DNA from: Gemmatimonadales bacterium
GTDB lineage: Bacteria > Gemmatimonadota > Gemmatimonadetes > Gemmatimonadales > GWC2-71-9
Direction of reading: 5' to 3'
Assembly: GCA_036501385.1 (NCBI GenBank)
Contig: DASYAK010000016.1
Location: 64,996-128,995 of the forward strand
DNA length: 64,000 nt
The notes under the pieces: model-generated
What the model was told of the DNA's origin: nothing
Database searches by the model: none
What the model saw: only the letters and a program-made list of their open reading frames with translations
Part shown: positions 27,506-36,027 of the stretch, piece after piece
How positions within the stretch are numbered: the stretch's first letter is position 1
Layout: every line of letters begins with the position of its first letter
Translations under genes and position numbers: made by a program

Positions 27506-27826
27506 CTACTTGCTTCGGCCTCGCACGGCGGCGATCCCCGCCACGACGGCGGCAACGCCGGCAGCGGCAGCGGCCATCGCGCCGGGATGTTTCTTGGCCC
27601 CAGCCTTGGCGTTGGTCACTGCGCGCTTCGCGGCGTTCTCGCCAGCCTCGGCTGCCTTGCGCGCCCGCGCCAGCACGCTCCCGGCCTTGGCCTTCGACCG
27701 GCGCTTCGCCGTCGTCGAGGCCTTCTTCGCCGACTTGACAGCGCGCTTGGCCACCGACTTCACTGCGGCGCTGGCGCGCTTGGTCGCCTTCTTCGCCTTC
27801 TTCGCCGACCGTTTTTTCGTTGCCAT
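27506..27826 (-). CDS. Lys/Ala-rich basic protein with C-terminal hydrophobic tail anchor (histone-H1-like / YqjD-ElaB-like?)
   Basis: 106 aa: MATKKRSAKKAKKATKRASAAVKSVAKRAVKSAKKAS...AKKHPGAMAAAAAGVAAVVAGIAAVRGRSK. AGGAG lies 5 nt upstream of the ATG. Third codon positions are GC-rich on this strand. The equal-length plus-strand ORF 27510..27833 is its mirror artefact. Confidence 0.6.
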   Translation of the reverse strand: MATKKRSAKKAKKATKRASAAVKSVAKRAVKSAKKASTTAKRRSKAKAGSVLARARKAAEAGENAAKRAVTNAKAGAKKHPGAMAAAAAGVAAVVAGIAAVRGRSK

Positions 27827-27988
27827 CGACTAGCTCCTGTTGGGGGTCGAGTGAACGTCACACAACGGCCAAAGTATAGATCCCGCTGGCCTGCTACACT
27901 ACCGCTACCCAACGAGCAACGGGAGTCACGACAGGTTACTTCGGCTGGTCCTGGACGGGGATGGCGGCCGACAGCCGCCTGCCGCGAC

Positions 27989-28957
27989 TCACGTCCCGGG
28001 GCGGCCAGCCGCGGAGTCGCCGCGCCCCAATTGATCGCCGATCACCGCGACGACAATGACGAGACCCAGGGCGATCTTCTGCACGTACGGATCGACGTTG
28101 GCGAGATTCAGCCCGTTGGTGAGCACACCGATGAAGACGGTGCCCGACAGCGTTCCAGCGACCGTGCCGCGACCGCCCGTGAGCGATGTCCCGCCCACCA
28201 CGCACGCCGCAATGACGTCCAGTTCGTATTGCACGCCGGCACTCGGGACCCCCGCGCCAAGCCGGGATGCGAGGGTGAGCCCGCCAAGACCGGCAAGGAG
28301 TCCGTTGAGGACATACACCAGCCATACAACAAACCGGGTGTTGATTCCGGCGAGCCACGCCGCCTCGACATTGCCACCCACACCGTAGGCATGCCGACCG
28401 AAGACCGTCCGTCGCAGGACGAAGGCGCCGCCGAACATCACGACCACCATCGCGAGCACTGGGGCAGGAATTCCGCCGATGACTGACCGGCCGAGCCAGC
28501 CGAAGTGATCCGGAAGGTCGCCATGACTTCGTCCGCCGGAGATCAGAAACGCCAGCCCGCGCGCCGCGGTGAGCATCGCCAGCGTCGCGACGAACGCGGG
28601 AACCCGCAAGTACGCCACGAGCGTCCCGTTGACGAGCCCGGTGGCGACACCGGTTCCAAGCGCGACGACGAGTGGAACCACCACCGCCGATCCGGTGGCT
28701 TCGGCCGACATCGCCGCAGCCACGCCGGTGAGCGCGATCACCGACCCCACGCCAAGATCGATCCCGCCGGTGACCATCACCACGGTCATTCCGACGGCCA
28801 GGATACCGGTAACAGCAATGCTCAGTGCAATGTTGACCATGTTCTGTAGCGAGAGGAAGCCGGGTGCGACCGCGGCGAAGATCGCGGCCACCAGCACGGT
28901 TACTCCGACGAGGGCGTACTCGCTCACGCGCTCCCAGCGTAATGCCGGATGCTTCAT
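27989..28957 (-). CDS. sugar ABC transporter permease (RbsC/AraH family)
   Basis: 322 aa and polytopic. Motifs are typical of ribose-type permeases (GGIDLGVGSVIAL, TLAMLTAARGLAF, GGTSLTGGRGTVAGT). ATGA overlap with the ATPase gene at 28954-28957. Confidence 0.9.
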   Translation of the reverse strand: MKHPALRWERVSEYALVGVTVLVAAIFAAVAPGFLSLQNMVNIALSIAVTGILAVGMTVVMVTGGIDLGVGSVIALTGVAAAMSAEATGSAVVVPLVVALGTGVATGLVNGTLVAYLRVPAFVATLAMLTAARGLAFLISGGRSHGDLPDHFGWLGRSVIGGIPAPVLAMVVVMFGGAFVLRRTVFGRHAYGVGGNVEAAWLAGINTRFVVWLVYVLNGLLAGLGGLTLASRLGAGVPSAGVQYELDVIAACVVGGTSLTGGRGTVAGTLSGTVFIGVLTNGLNLANVDPYVQKIALGLVIVVAVIGDQLGRGDSAAGRPGT

Positions 28958-30441
28958 GCTGCGCGATCCTCGCCGAGGATGAGACGCGCGACGTGATCGG
29001 CGGTGGCATCCTGTCGGGCCACCTCGCCCACGGTGCGTCCGCCGCGCATCACCACGACGCGGTCGGCCATCCCGAGCGCCTCGGGAAGTTCCGACGAAAT
29101 CATCACGATCGCAGCGCCCTGGCCGGTAAGTCGTCGCATCAGCGCGTAGATCTCCGCCTTGGCACCGACATCGACGCCGCGGGTCGGCTCGTCGAAGAGG
29201 AGTACGCTGCAGTTGGCAAGCATCCAGCGCGCCACGACGACCTTCTGCTGGTTCCCGCCGGACAGCAGGCGTACCGGTTGATCGGGCGACGAAGCGCGGA
29301 TAGAAAGTGCATCGATCCAGTGCGCAACTGCGGCGGCCTCTTCCCGCGGCCGCACCACGCCGTGGTCTGCCACCGCGTCGAGGGTCGCCAGGATCATGTT
29401 GTCGCGGGTCGACGCGATCAGGTTGAGCGCCTGACGCTTCCGGTCCTCGGGAATCAGCGCAACGCCGGCGGCAATCGCATCGCGGGGCGATCGCGGCCGG
29501 TATGGATGCTGGCGCAATGTCATCGTTCCCGCTTCGAGCGGTGCCGCTCCGAAGATGGCGCGGACCAGTTCGGTCCGTCCGGCGCCGACGAGGCCGGCGA
29601 GCGCAACAATTTCGCCCGCCCGCACCGTGAGGGATGCATCCCGCACGATTCCGCTCTGCACGCCCGAGATCCGCAGCACTTCGGCGCCAACCACCGCGCT
29701 CGGTTCGGGAAAGGTTTCGGCCAGTTCTCGTCCCACCATCTGCCGCACGACTTCTGGTCGCGACACCGCCGTCGCCGACGAGCTCGAGATGAGCTGGCCG
29801 TCGCGAAGGACCGTGATCCGATCGGCAACCTGAAAGACTTCGTCGAGGCGATGCGACACGAAGACGATCGCCACGCCGTCGGCGCGAAGCTGTTGCAACA
29901 ACGCGAGGAGAACGGCGGTTTCGTCGTGCGAGAGGATCGCGGTGGGTTCGTCGAGGATCAGGACCGATGCCTGATGCACCATCGCCTTGGCAATCTCCGC
30001 CATCTGTTGCGAGGCGAGCGACAGCGAACCGATGGGCACATCGACGTCGAGATCGCGCTGGCCGAGACGGTCAAGCGCGCGCCGCGCAACCACTGCCTGT
30101 CGCCGCCGGCTGATGACCCCGTGCGAGGCCGGTTCCGACCCGAGCACGATGTTGTCGGCGACCGTGAGTTCCGGGACGAGCGCGAGTTCCTGATGGATCA
30201 TCCGCACGCCCCGGGCATGTGCGGCGTGCGGCGAATCGAACCGCACCGGCGTCCCGTCGATCAGCAGAGTGCCCTGATCGGGAATCGCGGCACCTGAAAG
30301 CAAGCGCATCAATGTCGACTTGCCGGCACCGTTCTCACCGACGACCGCGTGGATTTCGCCGCCTTTGAAATCGGCGTCGACTCCGTCGAGCGCGAGGACG
30401 CCGGGATAGCGGCGGGTCAGCGATCGCGCTGACAGATCCAC
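28954..30441 (-). CDS. sugar ABC transporter ATP-binding protein, duplicated ATPase (RbsA/MglA type)
   Basis: 495 aa with a GTG start (CAC 30439-30441). The first cassette has GENGAGKST and ILDEPT, and the second has LSGGNQQK and LLFDEPTRGVD. Confidence 0.9.
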   Translation of the reverse strand: MDLSARSLTRRYPGVLALDGVDADFKGGEIHAVVGENGAGKSTLMRLLSGAAIPDQGTLLIDGTPVRFDSPHAAHARGVRMIHQELALVPELTVADNIVLGSEPASHGVISRRRQAVVARRALDRLGQRDLDVDVPIGSLSLASQQMAEIAKAMVHQASVLILDEPTAILSHDETAVLLALLQQLRADGVAIVFVSHRLDEVFQVADRITVLRDGQLISSSSATAVSRPEVVRQMVGRELAETFPEPSAVVGAEVLRISGVQSGIVRDASLTVRAGEIVALAGLVGAGRTELVRAIFGAAPLEAGTMTLRQHPYRPRSPRDAIAAGVALIPEDRKRQALNLIASTRDNMILATLDAVADHGVVRPREEAAAVAHWIDALSIRASSPDQPVRLLSGGNQQKVVVARWMLANCSVLLFDEPTRGVDVGAKAEIYALMRRLTGQGAAIVMISSELPEALGMADRVVVMRGGRTVGEVARQDATADHVARLILGEDRAA

Positions 30442-30444
30442 CGG

Positions 30445-31380
30445 TCAGCGCGTCCGGGCCGGAGCCATCGCCTTCACCGAGTCGGCATCGACGATCCGCA
30501 CCGGGACCGCAATCCGTGCCGCCGGCTTCTGCCCCGCGAACGTCATCGCGATTGCATCGATGGTGCTCGACCCAATGACCGCCGGTTGCTGCGCGACGTC
30601 GGCCTTGAGATCGGTGCCGGCCGCGATCGCCTTCTGCGCTTCGGCCGATGCGTCGTAGCCGACGATCGCCAGCTTGTCGTTGTGATGCGACTGCGCGCTC
30701 GACAGGACGCCGAGGGCCGATTCGTCGTTGATCGCGAAGACCCCGACAAGGCCCGGATGTGCCTGCAGCATGTCATCGGCGGCCTTGAGCGACCGATCAC
30801 GCTTCCCTTCGCCGTTGAGCGCCGCAACCAGATGGATGTTGGGGAATTTTCGCAGCTCGTCGGTGAAACCAGTCTGCCGATCGATGGTCGATTGCACCTC
30901 GGGTTCGGTCACGATGCCGACATCGCCGCGTTCGGCGACAAGCCTGGCGATATAGTCGGCAGCCAACCGTCCGCCCGCTACGTTATCCGACGCGACGTGT
31001 GCCACCACCTGGCCCCCTTCGGCGGCGATATCGGCGGTGAACACCGGGATTCCTGCCGCGTTTGCCTTGGCGATCGCCGGCCCGATTCCTCTGGTGTCGA
31101 CTGGACAAACCACGATCGCATCCACATGTTGCACGATGAAGTTGTCGATCTGCGACTGCTGTTTGGCGAGATCGAAATCTCCGGACGTGATCACCAGCTT
31201 GTAGCCGTGGGCCTCAGCTGCCTTCTGCAACCCCTCCTTGAGCTGCCGATAGAACTCGTCCTGCTGAGTGAGCAGGGTGACGCCGATTGTTTTCGTGGCG
31301 GGGCGCCCGGCATGACATGCGGCGATGAACACCGAGCCGAGCGCGGCACACCGGCGGACTGCAGACCAGGAAGTGCGCAT
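30445..31380 (-). CDS. sugar ABC transporter substrate-binding lipoprotein (RbsB / periplasmic-binding-protein type I)
   Basis: 311 aa with a lipobox signal (ALGSVFIAAC). Type I PBP pattern (IGVTLLTQQDEFYRQLKEG...VDAIVVCPVD...IPVFTADI...). It is first gene of the SBP-ATPase-permease operon. Confidence 0.85.
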   Translation of the reverse strand: MRTSWSAVRRCAALGSVFIAACHAGRPATKTIGVTLLTQQDEFYRQLKEGLQKAAEAHGYKLVITSGDFDLAKQQSQIDNFIVQHVDAIVVCPVDTRGIGPAIAKANAAGIPVFTADIAAEGGQVVAHVASDNVAGGRLAADYIARLVAERGDVGIVTEPEVQSTIDRQTGFTDELRKFPNIHLVAALNGEGKRDRSLKAADDMLQAHPGLVGVFAINDESALGVLSSAQSHHNDKLAIVGYDASAEAQKAIAAGTDLKADVAQQPAVIGSSTIDAIAMTFAGQKPAARIAVPVRIVDADSVKAMAPARTR

Positions 31381-31469
31381 GAGGGAGATTCACAGTTGAA
31401 GTGAAGGCGGCCCTCCCGGGTCGCCGCGCCTGATCATGTTGACTCGAACCGAAGAAGGATAGCCTGCCG

Positions 31470-34400
31470 ATGCCCGTCCTGCGGAAGATCTCCCGCGACC
31501 TCGCCCTGATCAGCGCCGTTACCGTGACGGGCGCCGGATCCGCCGTTGCGCAAGGCACCGCGCTAGCCGCACGACCACGCGCTGCCGTCGCGGACGCGAC
31601 CCGGATCCGGCGTGACCTGACCCGGCAGCCGACACTCTACGCCGTCGGGTACGCACATCTCGACACCGAGTGGCGCTGGGAATACCCGCAGGTCCTGTCG
31701 GAATACCTCCCCAGGACGATGCACGACAATTTCGCGTTGTTCGAGAAGTACCCAGCTTACGTCTTCAATTTCAGCGGCGCCAACCGCTACCGTCTGATGA
31801 AGGAATACTGGCCCGCCGATTACGCGAAGATGGCGGCGTATATCAAGGCAGGACGGTGGTTCCCCGCTGGCTCGTCGATGGAAGAAGGTGACGTCAACGC
31901 GCCCTCCGCCGAAGCGATCCTGCGGCAATTCCTCTACGGTAACGAATATTTCCAGAGGGAATTCGGCGTCACGAGCAAGGAGTTCATGCTCCCCGATTGT
32001 TTCGGATTCCCGTGGTCGCTTCCCGAACTGCTCGCCCACGCCGGACTCAAGGGCTTCTCGACGCAGAAGCTCGTCTGGGGTTCGTCCGTCCCAGATCAAC
32101 CGACCACGCCGTTCGGCGAGAATGGCCAGGGAATCCCGTTCAATGTCGGCGTCTGGGTCGGGCCCGACGGGAGCAGCGTCGTTGCCGCGCTGAATCCGGG
32201 GACTTACAGCGGCAGCGTTCATGACGATCTCGCCACGGCAACGGCCCTCGACAATCGACCCACCGGCCGCGGCGCCCGGGCGCAGACCTTCCTCGCCCGC
32301 CTCACGGAGGACAAGTCGAAGCTCGGCATCATGGCCGATTATCACTACTACGGCACCGGCGATACTGGTGGCTCTCCCACCGACAGCTCGGTCATGTGGA
32401 TACAGCGGTCAGTCGACGACTCCGCCGGGCCGATCAAGGTGATCTCGGCGCGCGCCGATCAATTCTTTCTCGACCTCACGCCGGGCGAAATCGCCAAGCT
32501 GCCACGCTACTCGGGTGAAATGGAACTCCAGAACCATTCCGCGGGTTCGCTTACGTCCGAAGCCTATCAGAAGCGCTGGATCCGGCAGAACGAGATTCTC
32601 GCCGACGCCGCGGAAAAGGCATCGATCGCCGCGGCCTGGCTCGGTGGACCGGCGTATCCGACGGCAAGACTGAACGACGCCTGGACCCTGATGCTCGGGG
32701 ATCATTTCCACGATATCGCCGCCGGAACAGCAACTCCCAAGGCATACGAATTCGCGTGGAATGACGACGTGATCGCAATGAACACGCTCGCGGGCGTCAT
32801 CACCAGCGCGACCGGATCGGTCGCAGCCGGGCTCAATACCCAGGTGACCGGAACGCCGATCGTCGTGTACAACCCGCTCAACATCGCTCGCGAAGATCTC
32901 GTCACCGCAACCATTCCGGCAGCGAAGTCCTCGGCCAGCGGCGTGTCGGTGCACGATCAGCGAGGAACTGCGGTGCCGGGCGACGTTGCGTCGCGAACCG
33001 ATTCTTCGATCACAGTGCACTTCGTGGCCCACGTTCCGTCGGTCGGCTTCGCGGTCTATGGTGTCGAGTCCGCGGTGGCTCCGGTTGCGGCTCCGTCTCC
33101 GCTGCATGTCGACGATCGTTCGCTGGAGAATGCCAGGTATCGCGTCCAGATCAACGACGCCGGCGACATTGCCAGCGTGTATGACAAGAAGATCCATCAC
33201 GAGCTTCTCTCGGCGCCAATCCGGCTCGCCCTGCTGCAGGACGACCCGGCGCAGTGGCCAGCGTGGAACATGGACTTCGCGGACGAGCAGCGTCCGCCGC
33301 GCGGCTACGTCTCGGGACCGGCGACGATCCGTGTCACCGAACGCGGACCGGCGCGCGTGGCGATCACGATCGACCGGAGCGTCGATTCGTCTCGCTTCGA
33401 GCAGACCGTTTCGCTCGCCGCCGGCGAGGGCGGCGACCGCGTCGAGGTCGCGAATGTGATCGATTGGCACATGCCAGCCACCGCGCTCAAGGCGACCTTT
33501 CCGTTCACTGCCGCCGACAGCGTCGCGACGTACAACTGGGATGTCGGGACGATGAAACGCAGCAACGAGTACGATCGCAAGTTCGAGGTTCCTTCCCATC
33601 AGTGGATCGATCTCACCGACCGAAGCGGCTCGTTCGGGGCGACGATTCTCACCGACGACAAGAACGGATCCGACAAACTCAACGACAGCACCATCCGCCT
33701 CACGCTGATTCGCACTCCGGGGTCGCGCGGCGGCTATCCCGATCAGAGCTCGCAGGACTTTGGACACCATGAATTCACCTACGGCCTGGCTGGCCACAGC
33801 GGTGACTTCCGTAGCGGACAGACAGACTGGCAGGGTTGGCGGCTCAACACCCCCTTGATGGCGTTCGCCACCACGAAACACACCGGGAGCGCCGGGAGCG
33901 AACTCTCGCTCCTCAAGGTCAGCGATCCGCGCGTGCGCGTAATGGCGTTCAAGAAGGCCGAAGCCGGCAACGAAATGATCATCCGCATCGTCGAACTTGA
34001 CGGCAAACCGCATCAGAATGTCCGGATTACTTTCGCATCTCCGGTCACTGAGGCACGCGAAGTGAATGGGCAGGAACAGCCCGTGGGTGCCGCGACGGTG
34101 AATGCCGGCGCATTGGTGACGTCGCTCAAGCCGTTCGCGATCCGCTCGTTCGCCGTGACGCTGGCACGAGGAGCCACCCGCCTCGCGCCGGTCCAGTCTG
34201 CGGCGGTGGCGCTGACGTTTGACCGCTCGGTCACGAGCCACGACGGCGAACATTCGGCGGGTGGCTTTTCTGCCGACGGCAGCGCCCTTCCCGCGGAAAT
34301 GCTGCCGCCCACCCTCGAATACGGCGGCGCACGCTTCACCCTCGGCTCTACCGCCGCCGGCGCGCTCAACGCCGTGACCGCCAAGGGACAGACAATTTCA

Positions 34401-34991
34401 TTGCCGCCGGGAAGCTGGACGCGCATCTACATCCTTGCGGCCTCCGCCGACGGCGACCAGACTGCAAACTTCACCGCCGGTGACGTGACGCGAACCTTCG
34501 ATGTCGAGGACTGGGGCGGGTACGTCGGACAGTGGGATTACCGGACCATGAAGCGTGTTCCTGCCCCGCCACCCACTCCGCAGCAATTGGCGCAGCAGGC
34601 TGCGGCACAGGCGCGGGCCGACTCGATCCGCCGGGAGCGCATCGACTCGGTCCGGCGAGCAGGCGGCGACACGTCACTGGTCCGAGGGCGCGGGCGCGGC
34701 AATCAGGGGCCGAGGATGATCGACGCGATGGATCATCTCAGCCCGGGATACATCAAGCCGGCGGAGATCGCCTGGTTTGCGTCACACCACCACGACGCCG
34801 CCGGCGCCAACCAGTTTTACTCCTACTCATACCTTTTCGCTTACTCGATCGACGTACCAGCGGGTGCGACGTCGGTGACGCTTCCGGACAACGATCGAAT
34901 CCGGGTGATGGCGATCACGGTGGCGAAGAACGCCGGTACCGCGACCCCGGCCGCACCTCTCTTCGACACGCTCGGCCGAAAGGCGCCGTAA
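31470..34991 (+). CDS. glycoside hydrolase family 38 alpha-mannosidase, secreted
   Basis: 1173 aa with a signal-like N-terminus. The GH38 N-terminal catalytic pattern is YAVGYAHLDTEWRWEYPQV...FNFSGANRYRLMKEYWP...GRWFPAGSSMEEGDVNAPSAEAILRQFLYGNEYFQREFG...MLPDCFGF. It is divergent from the sugar ABC operon. Confidence 0.9.
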   Translation: MPVLRKISRDLALISAVTVTGAGSAVAQGTALAARPRAAVADATRIRRDLTRQPTLYAVGYAHLDTEWRWEYPQVLSEYLPRTMHDNFALFEKYPAYVFNFSGANRYRLMKEYWPADYAKMAAYIKAGRWFPAGSSMEEGDVNAPSAEAILRQFLYGNEYFQREFGVTSKEFMLPDCFGFPWSLPELLAHAGLKGFSTQKLVWGSSVPDQPTTPFGENGQGIPFNVGVWVGPDGSSVVAALNPGTYSGSVHDDLATATALDNRPTGRGARAQTFLARLTEDKSKLGIMADYHYYGTGDTGGSPTDSSVMWIQRSVDDSAGPIKVISARADQFFLDLTPGEIAKLPRYSGEMELQNHSAGSLTSEAYQKRWIRQNEILADAAEKASIAAAWLGGPAYPTARLNDAWTLMLGDHFHDIAAGTATPKAYEFAWNDDVIAMNTLAGVITSATGSVAAGLNTQVTGTPIVVYNPLNIAREDLVTATIPAAKSSASGVSVHDQRGTAVPGDVASRTDSSITVHFVAHVPSVGFAVYGVESAVAPVAAPSPLHVDDRSLENARYRVQINDAGDIASVYDKKIHHELLSAPIRLALLQDDPAQWPAWNMDFADEQRPPRGYVSGPATIRVTERGPARVAITIDRSVDSSRFEQTVSLAAGEGGDRVEVANVIDWHMPATALKATFPFTAADSVATYNWDVGTMKRSNEYDRKFEVPSHQWIDLTDRSGSFGATILTDDKNGSDKLNDSTIRLTLIRTPGSRGGYPDQSSQDFGHHEFTYGLAGHSGDFRSGQTDWQGWRLNTPLMAFATTKHTGSAGSELSLLKVSDPRVRVMAFKKAEAGNEMIIRIVELDGKPHQNVRITFASPVTEAREVNGQEQPVGAATVNAGALVTSLKPFAIRSFAVTLARGATRLAPVQSAAVALTFDRSVTSHDGEHSAGGFSADGSALPAEMLPPTLEYGGARFTLGSTAAGALNAVTAKGQTISLPPGSWTRIYILAASADGDQTANFTAGDVTRTFDVEDWGGYVGQWDYRTMKRVPAPPPTPQQLAQQAAAQARADSIRRERIDSVRRAGGDTSLVRGRGRGNQGPRMIDAMDHLSPGYIKPAEIAWFASHHHDAAGANQFYSYSYLFAYSIDVPAGATSVTLPDNDRIRVMAITVAKNAGTATPAAPLFDTLGRKAP

Positions 34992-35004
34992 GGGCAAATG
35001 GCGA

Positions 35005-35553
35005 TCAGGCGCCCGCGAGCTTATTGCCGATTTCGTCGATCTGGACTGCGTGTCGTGATTCATGCGAGCCCGCAAACGCGACCCAGTGATAGAGATTCAT
35101 CATGCCGAACTGGCCATGTGGCATCGTGAGCTCGGACAGATTGACGCCCTGGCTGTCGGCAATCGCCTTCCGAAGCTGCGCATGCGCGAGCGCCAGCCGC
35201 TCGCGGGCGCTCTTGTCGTCGAGCTGCCGCTGCGGCTGTACCGCGGTGGGCGCCTCGCGCTTCGTACCGCGGTCGACGAAGCTGTCCACCGGGATCATCG
35301 GCAGGATCGGCGACTCGTCAGGATCGGCCTTGGCTCCGGCTGTCCGCGCGCTCGCGACGAGTTCATTGATTCGCGTCCCGATTCGTCCGGCAACGGTGCC
35401 GAGATGTTCAACCACATCGACGACGGACCAGGCACCGGGTGCCGGAGGGGTGCGACGCTGTTCTTCGGGAACGCGATCGATCGCCGCGAGAAGCGTCACA
35501 TGGTGCCGGTCGAGGTGATCGATCAATTCCTTGAGTCGTGGGTGCATCGTCAT
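35005..35553 (-). CDS. DinB-family (DinB_2) metal-dependent four-helix-bundle protein
   Basis: Track ORF 35005..35598. The ATG at 35553 overlaps the tadA stop (ATGA, 35550-35553). The sequence is MTMHPRLKELIDHLDRHHVTLL...WSVVDVVEHL...HWVAFAGSHESRHAVQIDEI (His-triad pattern). Confidence 0.75.
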   Translation of the reverse strand: MTMHPRLKELIDHLDRHHVTLLAAIDRVPEEQRRTPPAPGAWSVVDVVEHLGTVAGRIGTRINELVASARTAGAKADPDESPILPMIPVDSFVDRGTKREAPTAVQPQRQLDDKSARERLALAHAQLRKAIADSQGVNLSELTMPHGQFGMMNLYHWVAFAGSHESRHAVQIDEIGNKLAGA

Positions 35554-36023
35554 CCACCGCGTTGGGATTGAAAGAAGGTCCGCAGGAGAGCACTGCATTC
35601 GTCGGCCAGCACACCACCGACGACTTCGGCACGGTGATTGAGCCTCGGATGACGCAGAAGATCGTGGACCGAACCCGCCATCCCCGCCCTCTCATCCCAT
35701 GCGCCGAAGACCACCCGGCCCACCTTGGTCAATACAACGGCGCCGGCGCACTGGGCGCACGGCTCGAGCGTCACGTAGAGGGTCGCGTCGGGGAGGCGAT
35801 TCGTTGCCGCCGCGCGGAGCGCACGGTGCAGCGCCAGGAACTCGGCGTGGGCGGTGGGATGTCCGAGGCCGACGGTCTCGTTGTGGGCCGACGCGAGCAC
35901 CTCACCGCGCCGGACGACAACCGCACCGATCGGCACCTCGCCGGCATCGGCCGCGGCTCGCGCCTGTTCGATCGCGAGACGCATTCCGGCCAGATCGTCC
36001 GGTGCCGGAGGGGGTGCGCTCAT
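35550..36023 (-). CDS. tadA: tRNA adenosine(34) deaminase
   Basis: 157 aa. CDA zinc motifs: HAEFLAL ... PCAQCAGAV. The N-terminus MRLAIEQARAAADAGEVPIGAVVV is typical of TadA. Confidence 0.9.
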   Translation of the reverse strand: MSAPPPAPDDLAGMRLAIEQARAAADAGEVPIGAVVVRRGEVLASAHNETVGLGHPTAHAEFLALHRALRAAATNRLPDATLYVTLEPCAQCAGAVVLTKVGRVVFGAWDERAGMAGSVHDLLRHPRLNHRAEVVGGVLADECSALLRTFFQSQRGG

Positions 36024-36027
36024 CGCG

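Noticed and set aside
26933-28486. 517-aa plus-strand ORF
   Set aside because: It runs antisense across OsmC, the Lys/Ala-rich gene and the ABC permease. Its composition is Arg/Gly/Pro-rich with no motifs, so it is a high-GC artefact. The same reasoning applies to 862..1953+, 13413..14342-, 16328..17686+, 23913..24965+, 25034..26437+, 28864..30297+, 32409..34253-, 37838..39148+, 42001..43017+, 49651..50757+, 56638..57921+, 58781..59755+, 59892..60875+ and 60824..61825+.
31381-31469. Divergent promoter region between the sugar ABC operon and GH38, including TTGACT at 31439-31444
   Set aside because: No acceptable -10 element lies at 16-18 nt spacing, so I could not support a promoter or a leaderless-mRNA call.
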